Positions 27,484-38,199 of a stretch of 64,000 nt of DNA are shown in pieces; positions within the stretch are counted from its first letter, which is position 1, and the number at the start of each line of letters is the position of its first letter. The stretch comes from Lama guanicoe. Lineage: Eukaryota. A program made the position numbers and the translations under genes. The notes under the pieces are model-generated. The model did not search any database, was not told the origin of the DNA, and was given only the letters and a program-made list of their open reading frames with translations. The stretch spans positions 895,567 to 959,566 of the forward strand of contig MU053629.1 in assembly GCA_013239625.1 (NCBI GenBank), in the 5' to 3' direction.

Positions 27484-27960
27484 TTTTTTTATTTTTTAAT
27501 TGTTTTATGGAAGTATAGTTGGTTTACTACGTTGTGTTAGTTTCTAGTGTATAGCATAGTGACTCAGTTATACGTATATATATTCTTTTTCATTATAAGT
27601 TATTATAAGAAATTGAATATAGTTCCCTGTGCTATACAGTAGGACCTTGTTGTTTATCTATTCTGTATATAGTAGTGTGCATCTGCTAATCCCAAACTCC
27701 TAATTCATCCCTCCCTACCCTTTCCCCTTTGGTAATCATGAGTTTGTTTTCTATGTCTGTGAGTCTGTTTCTGTTTTATAAATAAGTTTATCTGTGTGAT
27801 TTTTTTTAAATCCCACATATAAAATCTCATATAATATTTGTCTTTGATTTACTTCACTTAGTATGATAATCTCTAGGTCCATCCATGTGGCTGCAAATGG
27901 CATTATTTCATTCTTTTTTATGGCTAAGTAGTATTCCATTGCATATATGGACTCCATATT
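27484..27960 (-). mobile_element. L1 3' end fragment
   Basis: ORF 27751..27957(-) MEYYLAIKKNEIMPFAATWMDLEIIILSEV is the L1 ORF2 C-terminus. Confidence 0.9.
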
Positions 27961-28419
27961 TTGAATGGAAATAAGTCTTTTAAGCCTAATGTTCTTACCT
28001 TCTTTCCCACATACTCTTTCTCTTACTGGCTTGTTTTGTTAACAGCCAAGAAACAGTCATTCAACAAACATTTATGGAGAAATGACTGAATACCAAGTAC
28101 TGGAGAAATCTCCTGGACATTCCAAGGGCATTCTTGGTGAGAACACAAAACCTCTGGACCAAGGATGCTGTGTGGGTTCCCACGCCACCATGATTTGGTC
28201 AGTTATTTTACTGTCAGTGAACACAGACCCTCTCCTGTAACCTCAAGAAAGAAAGGGGGTGATTAAGAAGACCCCTGGAACTGAGATTTGGTCATCATCT
28301 CCCAGTTTTTTTCTCTTAGTGGTGCATCTCTTTATCTTGCTGTGTCTACTCCATTCTCTTTCTCTATAATCAGACTTCTCTGCCTCCTCATACCTGAAAT
28401 GATACATAGCCTATTGTGG

Positions 28420-28790
28420 TATGCTAGCCAGGAGAGGCTAGTTATGCTTCAGTAACAAACAACCCCCAGATCTCAACAGCCTGAAACAGCAAAGGTTTTT
28501 ATCTGGCTCGTACTACATACATGTCCACCGAGGGTTAGTTGAGGGAAGAGGGGGAGTTCTGCTGATCAGAGCCACTTGGGAGCCCAGAACAGCAACAGCC
28601 TTGAAAAATGAACATAGTGAATCATATGCCAACTTTGACAGTGTCCACCTAAGTCACTTTGGCTCACATTTCCTTGGTTAAAGCAAGTCAAATGACCACA
28701 CCTAACTTAATTGGGTGGGAATGTACAGTTTCACCAAGACCTGACTGCAGAGAAGGCACAAATATTTGTGAGTAGCCTTCATCACCGTCA
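28420..28790 (-). mobile_element. Old MaLR LTR (MLT1 family), reverse
   Basis: ggctagttatgcttcagtaacaaacaaccccc...cacatttccttggttaaagcaagtca motifs. Confidence 0.65.
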
Positions 28791-31359
28791 CACACAGCAT
28801 CTCCAGCCCAAGATTGCAACTCCTTTTTGTTTCAGCAGCCTCAGCTAATGGTTCATATTTTCCATGCTCTTTAGTTCAAACTGCAGTGAGAGAGAAACTG
28901 AGGGGCACAGACCATCTCTGCCTGACAGGCCACAACAGCAGGGCCCTGGTTAGCCTCTGGATCTGTCCTTGAGTCACTGCCAGTCAGGTGGGGAGCAGGG
29001 ATACACACTTTATCCCATGGCTGTGTATACACTGTATCCCACAGCTGTCCAGCCCACACCTCTTGATGCTATCCAGGGACCAGGAGACCTGTCCAGTACA
29101 GAATAAACTGTTGTTTAAGTCATGGTATTTTGCTGGCCCTAGCCCTTGATGACAGAAAGGTCTGGATAGTGCAGTCCATGAAGCTGGGTTCAGTCTGCCC
29201 AATGGTCAGGCTATTCATGGGGCAGAATCTCAACAGAGGTGAAGTGGAAATGACTGAGTCCAGGGACCTGCTATGTTAACCCATCAGTCTAGGGATCAAG
29301 GATATGGCACCAAGGGGTTTTTAAAACTGGCTTTGTACAGCTCCATTTCCACATTTGGAGAGCACAGTCTTTGACCTCTGACCGTAGCTCTAGGTGAGAG
29401 GGGCAAGGTGGGGAAGAGAAATGTATGGCTTCAACTTACACAATGAGACTTGAACATCTGAACGTGGAATTCAAGCCCCTTCACCACATGCCTCCCATCT
29501 ACCTTTCCAGGCTCATGTCCCAGTTCACCCCCAAGTGAACCTACTGTTCAGCCACCATCAAACATTCCCTTTTCTTCCCTTTGCTCGTACAATATCCTCC
29601 TCTCTACCCAATGGCTACCCTTCTGCTAAAATCAGCTTAAAGACCACCAGTTTTCAGAGTTTTTATCTGTCTTGTTGGACTTGGTCATTTCTGTTTCTCC
29701 CTCCTCTGAATTTTCGTACCTACCCCTGCTCATTCTGAACGCCTGGAGAGCATAGATGGGTCTTACCGATTTGAGGATCCCAGAGCCTTGTGTCTGCCTG
29801 CAGGTGACCATTATTGGTGTGTCTGAATGAGTGTCTGTAACACCAGTTCATTTAAGGACACTTTAGCAAGTTCCTCTGCTATGTTTGGCACAGTGGAGAA
29901 CAGTCAGTAATATATGGTCCCTCCAGGAGCTTCTCTAGTTCAGTTGCCCCATTTTATAGATGACAAAACTGAGGTCCAGAAAGGAGAAATGACTTGTCCT
30001 CTGCCACCTAAGCAGCCACAATTTATTGAGCACTTTGCTATGTGCCAGACAAAATGCTTTCTATTCTTTATCTCATTTTCATCCCTGTAACAACCCTAAG
30101 GGAAGAATTTTTGTACCTACTTAACAGAAGAGAAAACTGAGACTTTAAGAGGTTGTGACATGGCTAAGGCTAGACTGCAAGGAGGTGGCCAGACCAGGTT
30201 TGGATCCCAGGATCTAACTCTGGGGTCTTACTCGTGCCCCCTAAGTTGAGCTCCAAGCTGGGGAGTTGGCTCCCTGCGGTCCACACACCTGTATATTGCC
30301 CATAGGCCTTGAACTTTGTCAGTGCTCCAGTGCATGGGTTGGCATCTGGTGTTTAAAGGGTCCTGGTGTATTTCTGGGCCACGCAGTGCCTATGTACACA
30401 GATCTAACATTCTGACCATTAGGTCAGGGTATTTTTTCCCTCCTGGGCAGTTGAGTTAGCGGAAGAAACCTGATAAAATCCTGGAGAGGAACTTAATCAT
30501 TCTCTGAAGGACTTACAAGTTGTTTGGCCTGCCTAATCTGCTCAGATACAGTCTGGGGATATTCAGTATCCATGTAGTACAGGTTGTGAATTATTCTTTG
30601 GGGACTGTTAACAAGACCCTCACCAACTCTGCCTCAGCCAGTCTCAAGCAGGGCTTTGGGGCTTTTTCCCCTCGCACCAAAGCTCTGAAAAGAGCAGGCT
30701 TTTCCCCAGTGAGGGCTGGGAGGAGTAAGAGGTGTAGGGGAAGTCCTCCTGCCTCCAAGCAGAGCTCACTGTACAGAGCTGGGCCTGTTCCCTCCTCAGA
30801 CCTAAGCTATGGATATACAATGACTTGGCTGGGATAGCACTTACCCAATGTTTTGGCAACCTAGTACCTGAGTGCCTAACATGGAAAGAGACCAACTCCG
30901 TAAAATCAGTGCAAGAAAAATGATAACAAGTTAGATCTGCAGGCACCTCAGGGATCATCTACCCCCTGGATTTAAAGATGAGCAAACTGCAGCACAGATG
31001 CTAAGTTACTTGTCAAGGTCACAGAGCTGCTGGTGATAGAGACCAAAGTCCAAGTTGCCTGAGTCTAAACTCAATGGCCTTTCCCCCTTAAACTCACATC
31101 CACCCACCTACACAGCAACAAACACACCCCACCCTTTCCGGAAGTACCTCACATAGGCACACACAGAACTGAGCCAACTGGGTCCTATGTCCCTAAAGTA
31201 TATGACTGTCCCTACGCTGAGGGACAGGGCACTGAGTAAAACAGATTCCCAGGCGTTCTGACCCCCATCAGCTGAGAGCCTCAAGAACAGCCCCTAGGCC
31301 TTCCTCCCAGCACTCCCTTTCTCTGCTCCAGTTGAGTTTCCAGAACTTGAGAGCCAGGG

Positions 31360-32286
<927 letters not shown>

Positions 32287-32828
32287 TAACTCTTTCTCTT
32301 GTCTGGGGACACTTATTTCCCTTCTCTGGTTCCCAGAGCCCGCGAAGTCCATTCAAGTCCTAGAGGCCCTGGATTCTCAGAATCAGAAATCAGTTTTGGA
32401 TCCGGAAGTTGGGGTGCGGGTGGGTTGAAGGGAACCAAGTCCAGAAAGTGTTAGAAGTTCTTCTGGACTTTTGACTGGGGACACTGAAACTTTCAACTGG
32501 GTTAAAGACGGGGGGCGATGGGGGGAGGAGGGTCAGTCACAGAGTTTTTTCCTAAAAACAAAGATGGGGCGGAATAGAGAGCACGACCCGAAGGCCGGGG
32601 AGACAGGGACGTTCTCCGCACCCCCAAGTTGTGGACTTGAGCCCGCTGAGACCTCGGCAGGAGTCTCGTCCCGGGGCGCGGGGTGGGGGTGGGGAGCGGG
32701 TGCGGAGTGAGCTCAGAGTAAGTGGGTTACCTAGGGAGCCTTGAACCCCAGCTCGCGGCGCCCCAGACCCGAAGGGCCCCAGCCAACCCGGTGCCCTGTG
32801 TTTTGTTTAGAGATTAGATGTTTTGTGT

Positions 32829-32830
<2 letters not shown>

Positions 32831-32858
<28 letters not shown>
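32831..32858. repeat. (TG)14 microsatellite abutting the exon 2a branch point
   Basis: Perfect TG run immediately 5' of tCTAAC (CTAAC at 32860-32864). Confidence 0.95.
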
Positions 32859-32860
<2 letters not shown>

Positions 32861-32911
32861 TAACACCCGGTCCGTGCCGGCCGCCCGCGCCCGCTCGCCG
32901 CTGCCCCCCAG

Positions 32912-33037
32912 CTGGAGGAGGACATAGCGGCGAATGAGAAGCTGCTGCGGGCGTCGGAGGACGAGCGGGACCGGGTGCTGGAGGAGCTGCACAAGGCCGA
33001 GGACAGCCTCCTGGCCGCCGATGAGACCGCCGCCAAG
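32912..33037 (+). CDS. TPM1: TPM1 exon 2a (smooth-muscle, mutually exclusive with 2b)
   Basis: cccccag|CTG...AAG|gtaccc; 126 nt; LEEDIAANEKLLRASEDERDRVLEELHKAEDSLLAADETAAK. Confidence 0.97.
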
Positions 33038-33070
33038 GTACCCAGGGCGCGCGGCGCGACACACGAATAG

Positions 33071-33152
33071 CTAACTCTGTCTCTCTCTCTCTCTCTCTCT
33101 CCCTCCCTGTCTTTCCCTTTCTCTTTCCCGCTGTCCCTGTCCTTCTGGTTCT
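33071..33152 (+). promoter_or_regulatory. TPM1: Distant branch point and long polypyrimidine tract of exon 2b
   Basis: CTAAC at 33071-33075 followed by a CT-rich tract; no AG between 33071 and the acceptor at 33246-33247. Confidence 0.9.
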
Positions 33153-33247
33153 GTGCACCCACACCCCTCTCCTGCGGGATCACGCTGCCTGCTGCACCCC
33201 CACCCTCCCATCCCCGTCCCCGTCCCCCCACCACGGCCAACTCCCAG

Positions 33248-33373
33248 CTGGAAGACGAGCTGGTGTCGCTGCAAAAGAAACTCAAGGCCACCGAAGACGA
33301 ACTGGACAAATACTCCGAGGCTCTTAAAGATGCCCAGGAGAAGCTGGAGCTGGCAGAGAAAAAGGCCACCGAC
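33248..33373 (+). CDS. TPM1: TPM1 exon 2b (default exon)
   Basis: ctcccag|CTG...GAC|gtaagt; 126 nt; [42 protein letters not shown]. Confidence 0.99.
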
Positions 33374-35664
33374 GTAAGTGCCCCCACACACTGCCTCCCT
33401 CACCTTTTGACCTTGAGGCTGCTCTGGGGTCACCACAGGGGCCAGAGAGCATTGGAGGAGGGTCATCTCCTCCTGCTGGACACCTGCACACAGCCTGCCA
33501 TGGCCCAGCGCACTGGATGCTGCCTCCAACTGCTACTGCACACATTCATTTTTATTTCATCCATTCTTCTCTTTGTTTTCCTCCTTCTTTCCCCCACCCT
33601 TGGGGGTGGAGAGGGGGTGGGTGAGAAGCTGGGAGAATAGAGCAACTGAAGTTGGGACTCTGGAGGTGAACCTTGCCTCCCTGGTGGCAGAAAACCTCTA
33701 AGGTGTCATCACCAAGGTTGGTCCAAACAGAGTACCTAGTTTTCTTCACTTTCCATTTGCCATTTCTGGTGGGTGGGAAGGCCTGGTTTTCGGTGGTGGG
33801 TCCAGTCAGAGTACAGAGGACCTCTAAACTGAAAAGATGGCATGGTGCTACTTAGAAGGCTGAGCTTGGTAGTGAACCACAGAGATCCTTGAGGCCTCCC
33901 TTCTCAATAGGGAAGCCTTAATCCAGTCCTTAAGATCTGCCTGGGAAGATGATACTTGCTTGAGTCTGCAGTCTGAGGGCACTAGATCCAAAAAGTAAGC
34001 TGGGAGTTATATATAGCTCAGTGCTTTATATGGCATAGTGAGCTAGCTGCCCCCGACTCTCCTGCTCGCCCCACCCCCACCTGTCAGCCTCTGACAACCA
34101 CCACATAGTTTCAGGGGTGATGCACGCACCGCAAAAGCTCTACCAGCATTTTGTCCGCGGCCCTCTGGAATCTTTTTAACTGAAGAGCTTGCCTCTTCTG
34201 CTAAGTCAAGACAAGCATTAGATTTCCAAAGGCCTGGCTTCTTTTCACACCGTTGGATTCCATTCTAGAAGCTAATTAAGCCTAGATGCCCAATTAGGAA
34301 AGAATTCTTTGGGAAGTTAGTAACAATTCCAAGAATGTATGAGCACTGGGGAAAGCTATGCCCAGAAATTGAACTACCAAGTCCAACAGCAGAATTTTCT
34401 GAGAGTAAAGTGCAGGCTGCAGGAGTGTCTGGGTCTTGAGATCAGTAAAAGTTTTCTGTGACATGAAAGGCTTGAAATGTAATCTTCAAGTGTGCTTTGT
34501 AAATGAGAGATCCAGACAAAGGACATTTAGAATCTGACAAAAAGCAAGTTTCAGTGAAAAGCAAGGTTCCTGGAAAGGGGGTTTGGGGAAGCACTGATTT
34601 AGCTAAAACATTTAAGTTACAAACTACTTGGCTTTAGAAAAAAAAGCCAAAGAACACATATAACTCTGCGCCTGCTTTCTATAATGTAGATCAGATACCT
34701 GCTCTGTATATGGTTAAATGGAGGATGTCTGTCTCCCCCAAATTCTCTAGCCGGACGTTTATTTAGCTTTTTCAAAAGAGCCGCTGATAGATCAAGGAGA
34801 GATATTCCTTATAAGGAAAAGAATGCAGAGAATTTGAAAATAGCCCAGTAAGACCAAAAGCAAGAGAAGGAGAAAAAAAGCTACTACAATTCTTAACAGA
34901 AAAAAAAATCATGATTATTATAACTACGTGGTGCTATCGTGTCTTTATTGAAAACTCTTGTTTAAGGGAGCATTCTAATGAGGCAGGGCAGAAGTGGAAA
35001 AGAGGATATTTAAAGTCACCTTGGGGGGCGGAGCCAGGAGTAGAGGGAGGTTTTGAAACTACGTTTTGTTTTTTTTCCCCCTCACTGGAAAACTGTCCCT
35101 AATATAGTATACATTTTTTTTTTGGCGGGGTTGGGGGGGCGTAGTAAGTATATTGATCATCTTCCCCTTTAAGACATCTTAAGTTGTTTGGAACCTGTAG
35201 GAATGTGGAAGGAGTTTATGAAGAAATGCTATATTTAGAGTGATTCCTAACTAGTAAAAATAGTCAAGACTTAAGGAGGAAGAGACAGATGTCATTAGAG
35301 AAAGGAGGTAGGAGCGAGGTCAGCTTCCTGAGGCAGAATCATATTACATTTGGGATTAGGACACTGCACTGTCATTACTCACCAGTGTAAAACATTTTCA
35401 CATTTTTCTACTAATTTACCAACATACTTTACAAATCCTATTCCACAAATGGGCTCTTCCTAGCTTAAAAACATATAATTCCCAAGGTCAGATCTCTGAC
35501 GGTTTTGTTTTGAATTTTTTGTTCTCACCCCACCTAAGTGAGGCTTTTTGGGATCAAGGGCTCCATTTTTCTCTCTGGCCCCAACCCCTTCCCCAATAAC
35601 TATGATGTATCTGACATCTGCAGTATGTGAGTCTTTAGTCCCTGCAGGTCTTTGCTTCCTAAAT

Positions 35665-35830
35665 CAGTGCTTCTCAACCTTAGCTAAACAACCACCTACG
35701 ATGGTTTGAAAACTTAAAATCCAGGCAGCACCTGAGGACAATTAGAATCTCTGGGAGTGGAACCCAGGTGTTAGTATTTTTAAAATACCCAGGTGATTCC
35801 AATGTGCAGCTAAGGCTGAGAACAACTGTC
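35665..35830. mobile_element. MER5-like hAT-Charlie MITE
   Basis: Terminal inverted repeats cagtgcttctca...tgagaacaactg; internal cccaggtgattccaatgtgcagc. Confidence 0.75.
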
Positions 35831-36557
35831 CTAAACTCTTGTATAATGACATCAGCATGAAAATGAACTCACCTGAAACTGACTTTCCCAGGTGTTTGAA
35901 AAGCAGGACATTACATCACTAGTTGGCCGCTTAGAGCATTTGCACGTGTCCAGCAGTTTCTGGGGCTCCTCCTGGAGGCTCCCAGATGCCCCCTTCTCCC
36001 ACTCTCAAAGTTAGGTCCACAGTCTATACTCCTCGGGAAGGAGTTGTGACCTCCTTGCTGACTAGATGAACTGTGTGGAAACAAAGCAAGAGGCTCCACC
36101 TACAGGACGTGAGGGTCGGTGCTGGGGTTTGTGAATGTTTCAGCAGAGGCTGTGAGAAAGTCCAAAGCAAATGAGTCAGAAAAGCAAAGGAGCTTTGCTC
36201 TTAGGGCTTTGGAGGAGGAGGGGTTGCCAAGTGTGTTTTCTTTTTCATTATTATTCCCACACTTAAACACAGAAATTTACTTAAAGGGCCTTCTGTGTTA
36301 AAGATGAGGAAGGGGAGCCCTGAGACTTAGAAGGCATTTTAAAATGTAGCCCAAGGGGAGAATTGGCAGAGGCCAGTTCCCAGAGATTTTGTCCACTTTG
36401 GTTTTCATCCAGCAGTAGCTAGAGGCTCTCCTAGGTTTCTGTAGCCCTCTTGGCATGCCTTTTAAAGGCATCTCAGTCCAGCCCAGAATTGGTCAGATTC
36501 CAGAAGATTCTCAGAGGCTGATCTAAAATCAGAGAAGGTTGTAACCAGAAAGGACTC

Positions 36558-37032
36558 TTTTTATTTAATCTTAACTATTTTTTAACTTATGTATTTATTT
36601 TACAATATCATATTTTTTAAATAAAAGTATAGTTGATGTTCAACATTATATGTTACAGGTATACAGTATAGTGATTCACAATTTTTAAAAGCTATACTCC
36701 ATTTATAGTTATAAAATATTGGCTATATTCCCCATGTTATACAATACTTCTTTGTAGCTTATTTTATAACTGATAGTTTTTACCTCTTAATCCTCCACTT
36801 CCATCTTGCCCCTTCCCCCACTTCCCTCTCCCCACTGGTAACCACTAGTTCCTTGTCTACATTTGTGAGTCTGTTTCTTTTCTGTTATATTCACTAGTTC
36901 ATTGTATTTTTTTAGATTCCACATGTAAGTGATATCTTACAGTATTTGTCTTTCTCTGTCTGACTTATTTCACTTAGCATAATACAGCATGGATGGACTT
37001 GGAGGGCATTATGCTAAGTGAAGTAAGTCAGA
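36558..37032 (-). mobile_element. L1 3' fragment with 5' inversion
   Basis: Reverse L1 3'UTR to ~36985, then an opposite-orientation L1 piece ~36986-37032; TSD-like cagaa(a/g)ggactctt on both sides. Confidence 0.88.
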
Positions 37033-37509
37033 AGGGACTCTTGAGATGATTGTTTTTATGGAAAGGAAAGTAAGCCCCAGAAAGGCTGGCGGGCCTGAGA
37101 TCCCACAGCTGGTTATGAACCCCAGTCTGAGTCTTAAAAGACAGTACCTGTGTATTTATTAACTAAGACTATCATTTGAGTTAATCATATACAAGGTTTT
37201 GTGTTTAGCATTTTCTATTTATTTCATAATTTTCACAGCAGCCCTATGAGGAACGGACGCCTATGAACCCCGCTTTTACAAATGAAGTCAAGTTATTTGT
37301 CGAAAGGAATAGCCAGGAGAGAACTAAAAGCCAGATTCTAACCCAGGAAGACTGCATTTAGATTAGGAGGTTTAACCTATCTGCAATGATAGTGATTTTC
37401 ACTTCATGAGTTCCATGAGGCGGAGGAGAGTTGCTGTGGTTAGGATCTTGCGTCCTGGAGTTCTTTACATCGAGAACAGTCCCTTTGGGGGGCACATTAA
37501 GGCCCCAAA

Positions 37510-38067
37510 CCTCTCTCGCTCGGCGCTTCCCTCTTCCTGAGCATGGGAATCCGAGAGTCCGGAGCGGAGCCCTCCAGCCGCCAGTAGGCGGCACCATCGC
37601 CCTTAGCAGCCAAGTCCGTTACCCCAGGGTCCCCAAGGCGCCGGGAAGGGGCGCTTGGAGTCGAAGTAAAACTCCTGGCATGGCAGCCGCCCTCCGGCCC
37701 GCCAGGTGCCCCCGCAGCGCGCGCACCTCGCCCGTCAGCCCCACGGCCGTGAGCATGCGCAGTGCCTCCCGCGCTGGGCGAATTCCCGGGGTCCGCGGCC
37801 CGCGCCCCGCCCCGCCCGCTGGGCCCGCCCACGGCGCTCGCGCACTCGCCTGCGGTTCGCCTGCGCCGCCCGGGAGGCCGCGACTTCCGGGCTGTGCCTC
37901 GGCAGCAGGGGGCGCCGCCGTCTCGCACCGCGGCCTGGGCGGGGCGGCCGGGCGGTCCGAGTGCGGCAGTGGCAGCGGCAACGGCAGCGGCGGCAGGAGC
38001 GCAGCAGCCGGCCTCTCCTCCCGCAGCCCGCCTACCTGCCGGCCCGCCGCCGCCGCCGCCCGGTGCG
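37510..38067 (+). promoter_or_regulatory. TPM1: Internal exon-1b promoter, CpG island
   Basis: Very CpG/GC-rich; GC boxes; ETS ACTTCCGG 37883-37890; CTCF-like motifs 37581-37594 and 37901-37916; no obvious TATA. Confidence 0.85.
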
Positions 38068-38199
38068 ATGGCGGGGAGCAGCTCGCTGGAGGCGGTGCGG
38101 AGGAAGATCCGGAGCCTGCAGGAGCAGGCGGACACCGCGGAGGAGCGCGCGGGCAGCCTGCAGCGCGAGCTGGACTACGAGAGGAAGCTGAGGGAGACC
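38068..38199 (+). CDS. TPM1: TPM1 exon 1b (short/low-MW isoforms); non-canonical donor in this sequence
   Basis: MAGSSSLEAVRRKIRSLQEQADTAEERAGSLQRELDYERKLRET, 132 nt, inside a CpG island; followed by ttaagg rather than gtaagg. Confidence 0.95.
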
